Of a stretch of DNA of 64,000 nt, positions 28,216 to 38,884 are shown in pieces. Source of the DNA: an uncultured delta proteobacterium. GTDB lineage: Bacteria > Myxococcota_A > Polyangia > Fen-1088. The stretch is taken from positions 45,519 through 109,518 of the forward strand of contig CAWCMR010000020.1 in NCBI GenBank assembly GCA_963796685.1. Reading direction: 5' to 3'. How positions within the stretch are numbered: the first letter of the stretch is position 1; each line of letters opens with the position of its first letter. The notes under the pieces are model-generated. The model did not search any database. It was not told where the DNA came from and was given only the letters and a program-made list of their open reading frames with translations. The translations under genes were made by a program, and so were the position numbers.

Positions 28216-28742
28216 ACCTGGTCTTGATTGGCTATCGTGGCACGGGAAAGAGCGCGATCGCGAGCAGGCTGGCCAGCCTGCTCGGCAGGCAGGTCGTCAG
28301 CCTGGATCAGGAAATCATTGGTCTTGCCGGCATGGCCATTCCCGACATCGTGGCCGCCCATGGCTGGATCCATTTCCGGGATCTGGAAGAGAAGGTCTGC
28401 CGCGAGTTCGGCGCCCAGGATGGCATCATCATCGACTGCGGGGGCGGCGTGGTCGAACGTGAACCCAATTTCCAAGCGCTGCGCGCGGGGGGCAAGGTCT
28501 TCTGGCTGCGCGCGACACCGACGACCATCGTGGGCCGCATCGGCGGTGACAATGCGCGTCCTTCCCTGACCGGGAGCAAGAGCTTCACCCAAGAAGTGGA
28601 AGAGGTGCTTGGACGGCGCACGCCGCTTTACGAGCGCCTGGCCCACGCGGCGATCGATACCGACGGCCGCTCGCTGGACGATCTGGCGGCGACCATCGCG
28701 CGCCGGTTTCGGGCCGCGATCCACGAGCCGGATCCGGGCTAG
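28212..28742 (+). CDS. aroK: Shikimate kinase
   Basis: LIGYRGTGKS, FRDLE, CGGGVV, RPSL, R.PLY; GTGA overlap with aroE. Confidence 0.95.
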   Translation: MNLVLIGYRGTGKSAIASRLASLLGRQVVSLDQEIIGLAGMAIPDIVAAHGWIHFRDLEEKVCREFGAQDGIIIDCGGGVVEREPNFQALRAGGKVFWLRATPTTIVGRIGGDNARPSLTGSKSFTQEVEEVLGRRTPLYERLAHAAIDTDGRSLDDLAATIARRFRAAIHEPDPG

Positions 28743-28897
28743 GTGCGCTTGACGCCAATGGGGGGCCCTCACCAGGTGCGAGCGATGGCCCGGAAAGATG
28801 GCCGGCATGCAACCTGGCTCGTTCGCTTGGCCTGAAATATGTGTTAGATACATAGAGGCGCCGCCTTCGCGGGTGCGATTCTGCCACAAGGAGCTGC

Positions 28898-29653
28898 ATG
28901 CTGGACTCACGCGACAATTCAGTCCTCAAGTCTCTCAAGGAGCTGCGCAAGCAGGAGGAAGATCGGGTCAAGAAAGAGCGAGCCGAGGCCGAGGCCCGCG
29001 CCGATGCCGAGCGGCGTGCAAAAGAAGACGCCGAGCGCAGGGCCAGGGAAGAGACGGAGCGGGCCAAGCGCGAGGAGGAAGACCGCCTTCGGCGCATGGC
29101 AGAAGAAAAGGAAGCCCGCGAGCGTGAAGAGCGCATTCGCCTGGAGGAATCCGAGCGACGCGCACGTATCGAGGCCGAGACGCACCTGCAGAAAGAGCGC
29201 ATGCGGCTCGAGGCCCAGGTCAAGACCGCGGTTCAGGCCAAGAAGACGCCCCTTGGGGCGATTGTCGGCATCGTGGCCGTCGTCCTGCTCATCGCGGGCG
29301 GCATCATCTACAAGATCAAGGCCGACCATGAAAAGCAGCTCGCCGCACAGCAGGCGGAAAGGGATCGCGAGCGCGAGCGGGAAAAGCTGCTCCTGGCCGA
29401 GCAGGAAAAGAAGATGGAGCTCCTGGAAGCCAGCTTCAAGAAACAGCTTGCCGAGGCCAAGAGCGATGCCGAGCGCCTTGCCATCCAGAAGCAGTACGAC
29501 GATGCCAAGGCGAGGACCCACGCGGCGAGCAGCGGCGGAAGCCGGGCCTCGGCCCGGGCCGAGAAGAAGGAGTCTTCCCCCACTCCCGCCCCCTCTCTCA
29601 TCAAGAGCAAGAAGTCCATCTCCGACGACCCGCTCGACGGCTTGAAGCTGTAG
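28898..29653 (+). CDS. Coiled-coil membrane protein (TolA-like architecture)
   Basis: E/R/K-rich helices either side of one TM; ends DDPLDGL. Confidence 0.75.
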   Translation: MLDSRDNSVLKSLKELRKQEEDRVKKERAEAEARADAERRAKEDAERRAREETERAKREEEDRLRRMAEEKEAREREERIRLEESERRARIEAETHLQKERMRLEAQVKTAVQAKKTPLGAIVGIVAVVLLIAGGIIYKIKADHEKQLAAQQAERDREREREKLLLAEQEKKMELLEASFKKQLAEAKSDAERLAIQKQYDDAKARTHAASSGGSRASARAEKKESSPTPAPSLIKSKKSISDDPLDGLKL

Positions 29654-29701
29654 CGCGAACCTGCCCCCACTCCCGCCCGCGGCCGTGGTAAAAACCGCTG
29701 C

Positions 29702-30269
29702 ATGAGTGGTAGCGAGCTTTTCGAACGTCAGCGAGCCAGGCTCCTCGACCTGCTCAAGACCTTGGCCTACGAGGAACGCGAAGTCGTGCTTGCGTCGGGG
29801 CTCAAGAGTAATTTCTACATCGACTGCAAGCAGGCGGTGCTGAGCGCGGAGGGGCACTTTCTGGTGGGTTGGCTTTTCAACCGCCTCATCGGCGAGCGCG
29901 CGCCCGAGGTCGAGGCGGTGGGTGGCCTGACCATGGGTGCGGACCCGCTGGCGTCCGCGGTGGCGACCGTGAGCTACCTTGGCCCAAGGCCGTTGCATGC
30001 GTTCTACGTGCGCAAGGAGCCCAAGGGGCACGGCACGGGGCAATGGATTCGAAGGTCGCAAGCTGCTTCGCCAGGGCATGCCGGTCGCCATCTTGGAAGA
30101 CGTGGTCACCACCGGCGGGTCGGCGCTCAAGGCCGTTGCCCGGGCGCGCGACTTCGGCCTCGAGGTCAGACTCATCGTCGGGCTTGTCGATCGTGAGGAG
30201 GGCGGGCGCGAGGTGCTCGAGAAAGAAGCCCCGCTGGTCACCCTGTTTCGGAGGCGCGAGTTCACGTGA
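29702..30269 (+). CDS. pyrE: Orotate phosphoribosyltransferase, with a 1-nt frameshift near 30049
   Basis: [34 protein letters not shown]; the second frame carries [22 protein letters not shown]. Confidence 0.92.
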
Positions 30270-30946
30270 GACGGCGGCCCTGGGCTTGGCAGTTGGCCTG
30301 CGTGCTATGGACGCTGTCGGCCGGATGCGCCACCTCGCGCCTGCCCGTCGTGGATTTTTCCGAGCGGACCAAGAGCTATCGCCCGGACGACTACCCCGCA
30401 GTATTCGAAGCGTGGACGCGCCATGGGAAGCTGGTCCTCGACGTCGGCACCGCGATGGAGATTTGGGCAACCTTCGAGAGCTGGGATTTCCGGCAGGCCT
30501 ATGTGGCCAAGTACGCCAAGGTCTACGACCTGTCGGACGACGAGCGCGAGGAGCTGCTCAAGTCCCAGAAGGAGATAGCGCGTGCCGTGTACGAAATCCA
30601 CCTGGTCGCCCAGAGCACGAACGATAAGTGGAACGATCTGGACCGCAGGTCGTCGCCCTGGCGGATCACCTTGCTCGACGGGACCGGCGCCGAGCTGGCC
30701 CCCACGTCGATCAAGCTCGAGAAGCTGCCCGAGATGTACGAGTCCGAGTTCTTTCCCACGCGCACGCTCTTTTCGAAGACCTACACCGTGAAGTTCGCTC
30801 GTCCGGTGGGCGCGAGCGCGCCCTTCATCGGTTCCCGATCCGGCCGCATCATCCTGCGCATGGACTCGCCCATCGGCAAGGTCGAGGTGACGTGGGAGGC
30901 GAAGGACGGCGGCGGCGAGCCTGAGTCTTCGTCGCAGGGGCGCTGA
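30266..30946 (+). CDS. Hypothetical lipoprotein
   Basis: Lipobox SAGC; GTGA overlap with pyrE; coding-like codon usage. Confidence 0.75.
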   Translation: MRRRPWAWQLACVLWTLSAGCATSRLPVVDFSERTKSYRPDDYPAVFEAWTRHGKLVLDVGTAMEIWATFESWDFRQAYVAKYAKVYDLSDDEREELLKSQKEIARAVYEIHLVAQSTNDKWNDLDRRSSPWRITLLDGTGAELAPTSIKLEKLPEMYESEFFPTRTLFSKTYTVKFARPVGASAPFIGSRSGRIILRMDSPIGKVEVTWEAKDGGGEPESSSQGR

Positions 30947-30968
30947 AGAGGCGTCCGGAAATCGGTGG

Positions 30969-32330
30969 TCAGGGCTCGGGGGAGTAGCGCATGACCAGCA
31001 AGGTGGCGTCGTCCTGCAGGCAGCCGGCGCAGTGGTCGAAGACGGTCTGCATGATGCCGCTCGCGATCTCTTCGACCGGTAGGGCGTGGCGTTTATCGAC
31101 TTCGGCGATCAGGCGGGGCATGCCGAAGCATTCGTGGCCGCACCTGGCCTCGGGAATCCCGTCGGTGTAGAGCACGACCAGGTCGCCCTCGGTGAGCGTC
31201 AGGGTGCGGCTTTCCAGGCCGCAAGGGATCTCCTCGCTGATGCCAACCCAGGTGCCGTGGGTCGGCACGGTACGCACCTCGCCCCCCTTGCCGCACACGA
31301 TGATGTCCTCGTGCGCGCCGGCGTAGGCGAGGCGGCCGTCGGAAAAGAAACGGAACATGGTCAAGGTGGCGTGATCGTCACGGCCCATGCGCAGACGCAG
31401 GTTCTGATACAGCATCTTGTTGAGGGCAGGCAGAATATGATGCGGAAGGACGTCCGGGTCGTGCAGGATGAGAGCCGACAGACCGCTTTGGATCATGAGC
31501 ATGACCAGCCCGGCTTCGAGCCCGTGGCCGGCCACATCGCCGATGCCCAGCCAGCATCCGTCATGGGTGGGCCGGACATCGTAGTAGTCGCCGCCCACCG
31601 CGCTGGCAGTGGCCATGCGAGCGGCGATCTGCAGCCCGTGCACGAGATGTTCGGTGGGCAGGATCGACGTCTGGATCCGGCGCGCGATCTCGACCTCCTT
31701 GCGCAAAGACGCCAGCGCCGCCTCTCGTTCCAGCGCGGCCTCGCGACGCAGCCGCTCCTCCAGCAACCGGGCCTGTTCCGCGACTCGATTTTCCAGTCCC
31801 TCGTTCACGCGCAGCAAGTCCTGCGATAGACGCTGGTTCTCGCGCAGGATCCGGCAATGGGCGACCGCGCGTGTGACCGCGGCGGGAAGCATGCGGATGT
31901 GGTCGGACTTGGGCACGAAGTCGAAGACACCCGCGTGGACCGATTCCAGCACGGAGGAGACGGCCCCTTCTTCGCTCAAGATGATCACCGGCAACATGGG
32001 ATCCATGGCGTAGAGGCGCCGGAACACCTCGATGCCATTCATGTCCGGCATGTTGAGATCCGAAATCACCAGGTCCAGATCCGGCGTCGAGGCCATGTGC
32101 AAAGCCTCGCCGCCACTTTGTGCCGTCAGAACCGTCCACCCCATGTCCTCGAGAAACGCGGACACGGCGTCCAGGCTGATGAAGGAGTCGTCGATGAGCA
32201 GGATCTTGCCTGGTGGGCTCGCGGTTTCCTGCGTCGAGCGCAGGAAGGCCATTCGGCTGCGCGCGGAAGGCTTGGAGGCAGGAACCTTCACCGTCTCGTT
32301 CAAGGTGCGTATGGATTCTTGATCGCTCAC
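30969..32330 (-). CDS. Receiver + SpoIIE/PP2C phosphatase (RsbU-like)
   Basis: ILLIDD..DLVISDLNMP; ARRIQTSILP, VGGDYYD, IGDVAGHG, LYTDGIPEA, DDATL. Start codon uncertain. Confidence 0.92.
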   Translation of the reverse strand: MSDQESIRTLNETVKVPASKPSARSRMAFLRSTQETASPPGKILLIDDSFISLDAVSAFLEDMGWTVLTAQSGGEALHMASTPDLDLVISDLNMPDMNGIEVFRRLYAMDPMLPVIILSEEGAVSSVLESVHAGVFDFVPKSDHIRMLPAAVTRAVAHCRILRENQRLSQDLLRVNEGLENRVAEQARLLEERLRREAALEREAALASLRKEVEIARRIQTSILPTEHLVHGLQIAARMATASAVGGDYYDVRPTHDGCWLGIGDVAGHGLEAGLVMLMIQSGLSALILHDPDVLPHHILPALNKMLYQNLRLRMGRDDHATLTMFRFFSDGRLAYAGAHEDIIVCGKGGEVRTVPTHGTWVGISEEIPCGLESRTLTLTEGDLVVLYTDGIPEARCGHECFGMPRLIAEVDKRHALPVEEIASGIMQTVFDHCAGCLQDDATLLVMRYSPEP

Positions 32331-32502
32331 TGCACGTCGCCGCTCATCTCGCCTGGCGAGAACCACTCATGACTCAAGATGTTGCCGGGCGGGCCTGGTT
32401 GGTCCATCGGTCGCCCGGTTGTTTTGCTTGAGGGACTGAGCTTAAGCTGTCGCGGAAGGCTAAAGGTTGCATGCGAAGGCGCCGATGGTTTGCTGAGGGC
32501 TC

Positions 32503-33222
32503 ATGTCTACACTTGTAAGCGAATCCATGCTCTCCCGGCTGCTCCAGTCCGCTCGACACAAGGTCGTGACCGGCATGGCGTCGATCGGCAAGCCGACTCC
32601 GGATGCGGCCTTGCAGCTCGCCGCAGACTTGCACACCATCGCGGGCGAGGCAGCCATGCTGGATCGGCCGGAGCTGTCCAAAGCCGCGAGCGAAGGCGAA
32701 GGGTCCGCGCGCAGGTTGGCGGCGGGCAAAGCCGACGCGCTCGTGCCCTGCATGCGCTCGCTGCGGCGGCTCGGCTACCTTTTGCAGGAGGCGTCGGAGG
32801 CCCGCGACAGCAGCTCGGGCACGGCCCAGAGGGCCGCCCCTGCGAGCCCGAGCAAGCTGCTTATCGTCGATGACAGCCAGGTCGCGGCGCTGGCCCTGGC
32901 GGACGTGTTCGAGATGCACGACTTCAGCGTGCGCGTGGCCTCGAGCATGGAGAAGGCGAACGAGTTGCTCGCCGCCTTCGCACCCGATGTCCTGGTCAGC
33001 GACGTGCACATGCCCAACATCGACGTCGCCGAATTGTGCCGCAGGTTCCGCGCCGACGCGGGCGACCGGCGCACGGCCTTGATCCTGGTCTCCGGGCGCG
33101 CCGAGACCGAGTTGCGCGACCGACTGTCCGACATCAAGCCGGATGCCTTCGTGTCCAAGCTGGCAGGCGCGGTGGCGGTGGTGACCCGGGTCAGCGCCAT
33201 CTGCCGAGACCTGTTTGAATGA
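32503..33222 (+). CDS. Hpt-like domain + receiver protein
   Basis: LHTIAGEAAML (Hpt-like His motif); LLIVDDS..DVLVSDVHMP..LVSG..FVSK. Confidence 0.8.
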   Translation: MSTLVSESMLSRLLQSARHKVVTGMASIGKPTPDAALQLAADLHTIAGEAAMLDRPELSKAASEGEGSARRLAAGKADALVPCMRSLRRLGYLLQEASEARDSSSGTAQRAAPASPSKLLIVDDSQVAALALADVFEMHDFSVRVASSMEKANELLAAFAPDVLVSDVHMPNIDVAELCRRFRADAGDRRTALILVSGRAETELRDRLSDIKPDAFVSKLAGAVAVVTRVSAICRDLFE

Positions 33223-33767
33223 ACGCCGAGGATCTCGCGCGCGGCGAGCGCAGAGACGCCATGTCGGGGCAGAGCGGCCCTGCAAGGGAGGCCCCCGGCA
33301 TCACGCTCATGCTGATGCGCCTAGGGATGCGTTGGTTTGGCGTGGACGTGCGGGCGATAGAAGAAGTAGCCTTGAAAGGTGAGGTCACGCGCGTTCCCAC
33401 GGCGCCAAGCCACATTCTCGGCGTCACCAGCTTGCGCGGACGTCTGGTCACCGTGGTCGGATTGGAACAGATGATTGGCGGCACCGGCATGCTCTCGCGC
33501 GAAAGGTCGGCGACGCTGCCGCGCCTGGTGGTCGTGCGCGATGGCGAATACGAAATGGCCCTGGTGGCCGAGGGCATCCACGGAATGACGGAATACGTGC
33601 CCGCACCGGAGCCGAGCTGGGAGCGGTCGCCCGGCGTTCCCGCGTTCGTGCGCGAAGAATTCCATTGGCGGGGAAACCGGGTGTCCTTGCTCGATGCCTC
33701 GCTCCTGATTGCGACCGCGGCGAAGCTGGCGGGAATCCTTTCACCCTCGCAAGAGTTGGAACCATGA
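33219..33767 (+). CDS. cheW: Chemotaxis coupling protein CheW
   Basis: FGVDVRAIEEV, TRVPTAP.HILGVTSLRGRLVTVVGL. Confidence 0.9.
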   Translation: MNAEDLARGERRDAMSGQSGPAREAPGITLMLMRLGMRWFGVDVRAIEEVALKGEVTRVPTAPSHILGVTSLRGRLVTVVGLEQMIGGTGMLSRERSATLPRLVVVRDGEYEMALVAEGIHGMTEYVPAPEPSWERSPGVPAFVREEFHWRGNRVSLLDASLLIATAAKLAGILSPSQELEP

Positions 33768-35116
33768 GAACGCTCGGCCTACGTACCAAGCTCGTCGTCA
33801 CCTACACGGGCCTGTTTCTGGCCTTCACCCTGGCCTTTGCCTGGTACCTGATCGAGCGGCAGGGGACCATCGCCTCCCAGGCGCTCGAAACCCGCGCCAA
33901 GGGTCTTTCCGGCATTCTGGCCAAGCTGATTGCGCCGGCCGTCGATCTCGATCTCGACAAGTCGCAGGCTGAAAATTCGCTGGCGGCCATCAAGGGGCAC
34001 AAGGATCTGCTTTACGTCGTCGTGCTCAAGGCGGATGGCTCGGTGTACTTGCGCCACAGCGAGATGTACGTGCCCTCGGGCAGCGAGCTCCTGGAAAACT
34101 CGGATACCACCCGGGTCGAGCAGCGGGGCGAGATCCTGAACGTGCTCGAGCCCATTCGCTCGAACGGCAAGGACATCGGCACGCTGGCGGCCGGGTTCTC
34201 GCGACAATCGATCAATCAAGAGATCCGCACCAGCACGCGCACGGTGGTGAGCTTCAGCGCGGTGATTGTGCTCATCGGGTTTCTCTCTGCTTGGGTGATT
34301 TCCGGGACCATCGCGCGGCCCATGCTGGAATTGGCCAAGAAGCTGACCCACCTGTCCCAGGACCTGGCGGGGCTCGCGCGCAGCCAGGAGACCGCGAGCA
34401 GCCAGCAGGTCTCGGCCATCGACGAGACCCGCGGCACCATGGAGGTGATGTTGGCCTCGGCGCAACAGATCGCCGAAAGCTCGTCGGCCGTGCTCGGCAA
34501 CGCCGAACGCACGGTGACGGGAAACCGGGATGTCGCCCACAGGATTCAAGAGCTGAACAACCACGCCGAGCGCGTCGCGGAAATTCTCGCCGCCATCATG
34601 CAGGTCGCCGACCGTACCGATTTGCTCGCCCTCAACGCGGCGCTGGAGGGCACCAAGGCCGGCGAGGCCGGGCGCGGATTCACCTTGGTCGCGGCCGAGA
34701 TGCGCCGCCTGGCCGAAAGCGTGATGGAGTCGGTGGCGGGCATCCGTCGGCTGATGAACGACATGCGGTCGGCTTCCCAATCCGCCGTGCAAGCTGGACA
34801 GGAAGGCATCGCGCTTTCCGAAGAGACCACGCGCTCGGCGCGCGATATCGCCCTGGTCACGCAGCAGCAGCGCAAGGCAACCGAGCAGGTCGGGCGCAGC
34901 ATGGACGACATGGCGGCGACGGTCTCGGAGGCCATGTCGAGCACGCGACAGACCGCCTCCACGGCCCAGGATCTGGTCCACGCGGCCTTGCGCCTCGACC
35001 GACTGGTGGGTAGCAGCAGCAGAAGCCTCATGGAACCCCAGCGCGATCGGGCCGGCCGCGGATCCGGGAGTCCGGCGGATGAGGTCGCGGGAGAAGCTCC
35101 GGGCGGAGTAGGTCTC
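33764..35116 (+). CDS. Membrane-bound chemoreceptor (MCP) with FrzCD-like signalling tip; reads in frame into CheA as sequenced
   Basis: Two TMs flanking a periplasmic domain; ADRTDLLALNAALEGTKAGEAGRGFTLVAAEMRRLAE. No in-frame stop before the CheA ATG. Confidence 0.85.
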
Positions 35117-37321
35117 ATGGCCATCGATCAGGAGGCCCGACGGCAAAGACGTGTCGAGATGTTCCGCCAGGTGGCCGCTGAACGCGTCGGCAAGCTCAAC
35201 CTGGTGTGGATCGAGCTCGAACGAGGCTCCAGCGATCCGGCGGCATTTCTTCGCGAGGCGCACACGCTCAAGGGCGAAGCCAGCCTCACCGGTTTTGCCT
35301 TGGCCGCGAAGCTCGTCCACGCCGTGGAAGACTATGTGAAGCTGGTACGCGACCGGGGCGACGGGCCGGCGGAACGCGACGGCGATTTGATCTTGAACGG
35401 ACTGGATCTGGTGTCGCGACTCGCCCAGGGCGAGCCCGATGCGTCTTCGCTGGAAGCCGACGCCTTCATCGCACGCGTGGCCGCGCTCCTCGGGAAGACC
35501 CCGGACCCGCTCGCAAGCACGCCGACGCCGATCCCGTCGGAACCGGTCAAGGCCCTACAGCCGCCGACGCCGACGCCGCTCGCGACCCGCGAGGATGCCG
35601 ACGTGCGCGCAACGCCCGCGCCCGTCCAGGTACGCAAGGAAAGCTCGATTCGGGTCACCTCCGAGAAGATCGACCACCTCCGCGGCATGGTGTCCGATCT
35701 CCTGCTCTCCAGCGTTCGCTGGCGCCAGCTCACCCGAAACACGCGGCGCCTGCGCGAGGCGGCCGAGGCCATGCGGCAAGGCGGGCGGCCCCCCGCCACC
35801 GGCGACGAGGCTGCCAAGGTTTGGACGAACATCGTGGCTGGGCTTTCCGATATGGAGTCGCGCCTGCGCGACGAGACCCATGATCTCGAACGCTTCATCG
35901 GCGATCTCGACGGCACCACGCGCGAGCTGCGCATGATTCCTCTCGCCACCTTGCTCGATCACTTTCCGGTGCCCTTGCGTCAGCTCGCCCGCTCGCTGGG
36001 GCGCCAGGTCCGCTTCGAGATCGAGGGCGAGCAGATCGAGGTCGACAAGGCGCTGCTGGAGATGCTCGATGAGCCGTTGCTGCATCTTTTGCGCAACGCC
36101 ATCGACCACGGGGTCGAGCCCGCGGAGCAGCGCGTGCGGGCCGGAAAACCGGCCGAGGCCACGGTTCGCGTCACCGCGGGCATGGTGGGGCAGCGGCTGT
36201 CCCTGCGCGTCTCCGACGACGGCGGCGGCATCGACGTGGCGGCGGTGCGCAGGCGGGCGCTGGCCACCGGCCTGCTGGATCCGGCCGTCGCCAACACCGC
36301 CAGCGAGGCCGAGATCCTGCGTACCATCTTTGCCGCCGGCCTTTCGACCCGCGAGCAAGTGTCGGAGGTTTCGGGGCGCGGAATCGGGCTCAACATCGTT
36401 CTCGACGTGGTCGAAAATGTGGGCGGCAAGGTGGATGTTCGCTCCGAGCTCGGGCGTGGCACGACCTTCGACATCGAGGTGCCCATCACGGTGGCCATCA
36501 CGCGCGTGGTGTTGTTTCGCGTGGGAATGGGCACCTATGCCTTGCCGGCGGCCTCCGTACGCAGCCTGGTCCTGTCGAGCACGATCCAGCATGGCGAAGG
36601 TCCGGACGGGCCATCCATCCAGTTCGCCGGCGCCACCGTGCCGGTCCTCGATCTCGGCAAGGTTCTCGACGAACCCGTGACCCCGGCGGAGGAGGGGGCG
36701 CGCATCGTCATCGCGCAAAGTGGCGCCGATCTGGTGGCGTTGACCGGAACCACGGGGCACCTCGAACGCGAGGTCATGCTCAAGCCCATGGGCAAATTCT
36801 TCGAGAAGCTGTCGCTGGTGGCGGCGGCCGTGAACTTGGAAGAGGGCGCTCTTGCGCTCGTCCTCAAGGCCGCCGAGCTGGTGCTGCTTTCGCGAGCGCG
36901 GATCAAGCGGTCCACTTCCGCCGACCTGGAAGCCCGGCACGCGGCCGGCCGCGTGGCCTTGGTGGCCGATGACTCGCCGGTGGTTCGCGACATCATCGCG
37001 CAGGCGTTGCGTTCGTACGGGCTGCACGTGCTGGTGGCGTGCGACGGCGAGGAGGCGCTGGCGATGTTCGCGGCTCACGCGCGGGTGGACATCGTGGTCA
37101 CCGACATCGACATGCCCCGCCTCGACGGGTTGGCATTGGTGCGCACCCTGCGCGGCCGACAAGGTTCGAGGGACGTCCCGGTGGTGGCCATCTCCATGCG
37201 CGGCGGCGAGCTGGAAAAGCGCGCCGCCATGGAGGCGGGCATGTCGGCCTACATCGACAAGAGCGACTTCAACCAAGCCCTGCTGTGGCGGACCATTCGA
37301 CCGTTCGTGGCCGGGACATGA
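35117..37321 (+). CDS. cheA: Hybrid CheA (Hpt-HATPase-CheW-REC), FrzE-like
   Basis: REAHTLKGEA, SIRV, LLHLLRNAIDHG, DDGGGID, GLSTRE.VSEVSGRGIGL, VADDS..DIDMPRLDG. ATG 35117 follows GGAG. Confidence 0.93.
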   Translation: MAIDQEARRQRRVEMFRQVAAERVGKLNLVWIELERGSSDPAAFLREAHTLKGEASLTGFALAAKLVHAVEDYVKLVRDRGDGPAERDGDLILNGLDLVSRLAQGEPDASSLEADAFIARVAALLGKTPDPLASTPTPIPSEPVKALQPPTPTPLATREDADVRATPAPVQVRKESSIRVTSEKIDHLRGMVSDLLLSSVRWRQLTRNTRRLREAAEAMRQGGRPPATGDEAAKVWTNIVAGLSDMESRLRDETHDLERFIGDLDGTTRELRMIPLATLLDHFPVPLRQLARSLGRQVRFEIEGEQIEVDKALLEMLDEPLLHLLRNAIDHGVEPAEQRVRAGKPAEATVRVTAGMVGQRLSLRVSDDGGGIDVAAVRRRALATGLLDPAVANTASEAEILRTIFAAGLSTREQVSEVSGRGIGLNIVLDVVENVGGKVDVRSELGRGTTFDIEVPITVAITRVVLFRVGMGTYALPAASVRSLVLSSTIQHGEGPDGPSIQFAGATVPVLDLGKVLDEPVTPAEEGARIVIAQSGADLVALTGTTGHLEREVMLKPMGKFFEKLSLVAAAVNLEEGALALVLKAAELVLLSRARIKRSTSADLEARHAAGRVALVADDSPVVRDIIAQALRSYGLHVLVACDGEEALAMFAAHARVDIVVTDIDMPRLDGLALVRTLRGRQGSRDVPVVAISMRGGELEKRAAMEAGMSAYIDKSDFNQALLWRTIRPFVAGT

Positions 37322-38787
37322 AGACCCGCGTGCTGGTGGTGGACGATTCGCCGCTCATTCGCGCGGTGCTGCGCGAAGCGTTCGAGCGGACCCACGACCT
37401 CGAAGTGGTGGGGGAGGCCGAGGACGGACGCCAGGCCGTCGCGTGCGTGCGCGAGCTTCGGCCCGACATCGTGACCATGGACGTGGTCATGCCGGTCATG
37501 GACGGCCTTTGCGCCACCGAAGAGATCATGCGCGTGCAGCCAACCCCGATCGTCATCATCGCACGTGACGGCGGCAATGCACGGGCCCTGGCCGTCGAGG
37601 CCCTGGGCAAGGGCGCGCTGGAGGTCTTCCCCAAACCCGCCGGCGGTTTCGACGATCCGCTCGCGCTCGAGCTGGCGGTCGCCATCAGGCGCTTGGCGAG
37701 CGCGGCCAGGCAGAGCCGGCGCTTTTTCCCGTCGGCGGTCACGTTGGCGGAGAAGATCCGCGTGCTCTTGGTGGACGATTCCTCTCTGATTCGCCAAGTG
37801 ATTCGTCAGGCGCTCGCGCGGGTTCCCGACATCGAAATCGTCGCCGAGGCTGGCGACGGCATGGCAGCGGTCAGACTGGTGGCCGAGCTTCGACCGGACG
37901 TGGTGTGTCTGGACATGCTCATGCCCATCATGGGTGGCCAAGAAACGGCGCAACAGCTTCTCCGCCGTTTCTCCCGGCCCGGCATCCTGCTCGTCACCCG
38001 CGATGAAGAGGCCGCGCGAGGACTGCTTGCCGGGCAGGTGCCCGGTGCACCCATCGAGATCTTTCTCAAACCCAGCTCGGGCTTCGACGACATCGGCAGC
38101 GCGGAGTTGGCGGTTGCGATTCGTCGCCTGGCGCAGGCGTGCGGTTCCCACGCACGCTCTTCCGCCCCCCCGCATCCCCGCTTGGACCCCATCCATCCCG
38201 TGCAGGTGTCCATCGTCGGGATCGCGGGATCGACCGGGGCTCCGCGGGTCTTGCGCGACCTCGTGCGCGGGTTGCCGTCCGATTTTCCCGTGCCCATCGT
38301 GCTCGTTCAACACACCGAGCGCGGCTATGCCGACTCCTTCGCCCATTGGTTGTCCATGGACTCACCGCTGTCCGTCCGCTTGGGGCGCGACGGCCACGTG
38401 CTGGTCGCGGGGGAAATCGTCGTGGCTCCCGACGATCTGCACATGGAGATTCATACCGGCGGCGTGGTGGCCTTGCGGGCGACCTCGCCCGTCAGCGGAT
38501 TTCGTCCTTCTGCGACGGTGTTGCTGACCTCGCTGGCCGCGGCCTACGGGCAGCATAGCCTGGGGATGGTGCTATCCGGCATGGGCAGCGACGGCGTCGA
38601 GGGGCTGGGCGCAGTCTATTCGGCGGGCGGCTGCGCGATCGTCGAGGATCCGGACACCGCCGCGGTGCCCGGGATGCCCAAGCGAGCCCTGGTTTGCGCC
38701 ACTGGCGCGCACGTCGCCCGGGCTTCACACCTGGCTTGGTTGCTCATCGAATTGGCGGGCAGCGGGCGAAACTGGAAGCACGCCTGA
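37318..38787 (+). CDS. cheB: CheB methylesterase with two tandem receiver domains
   Basis: Two REC domains, then GIAGSTGAP, VLVQH, FRPS, LSGMGSDG, PGMP (Ser-His-Asp triad present); ATGA overlap with cheA. Confidence 0.92.
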   Translation: MKTRVLVVDDSPLIRAVLREAFERTHDLEVVGEAEDGRQAVACVRELRPDIVTMDVVMPVMDGLCATEEIMRVQPTPIVIIARDGGNARALAVEALGKGALEVFPKPAGGFDDPLALELAVAIRRLASAARQSRRFFPSAVTLAEKIRVLLVDDSSLIRQVIRQALARVPDIEIVAEAGDGMAAVRLVAELRPDVVCLDMLMPIMGGQETAQQLLRRFSRPGILLVTRDEEAARGLLAGQVPGAPIEIFLKPSSGFDDIGSAELAVAIRRLAQACGSHARSSAPPHPRLDPIHPVQVSIVGIAGSTGAPRVLRDLVRGLPSDFPVPIVLVQHTERGYADSFAHWLSMDSPLSVRLGRDGHVLVAGEIVVAPDDLHMEIHTGGVVALRATSPVSGFRPSATVLLTSLAAAYGQHSLGMVLSGMGSDGVEGLGAVYSAGGCAIVEDPDTAAVPGMPKRALVCATGAHVARASHLAWLLIELAGSGRNWKHA

Positions 38788-38884
38788 CGCGCGGGACCCG
38801 GGTTGCCCGGCGGGTGAAGGCTTCGTCGCAGAAAAGGCCAAGCCCGCTTCCCTCGCAGGGCGCGTTGGCGGAAGATGCGCCTCG

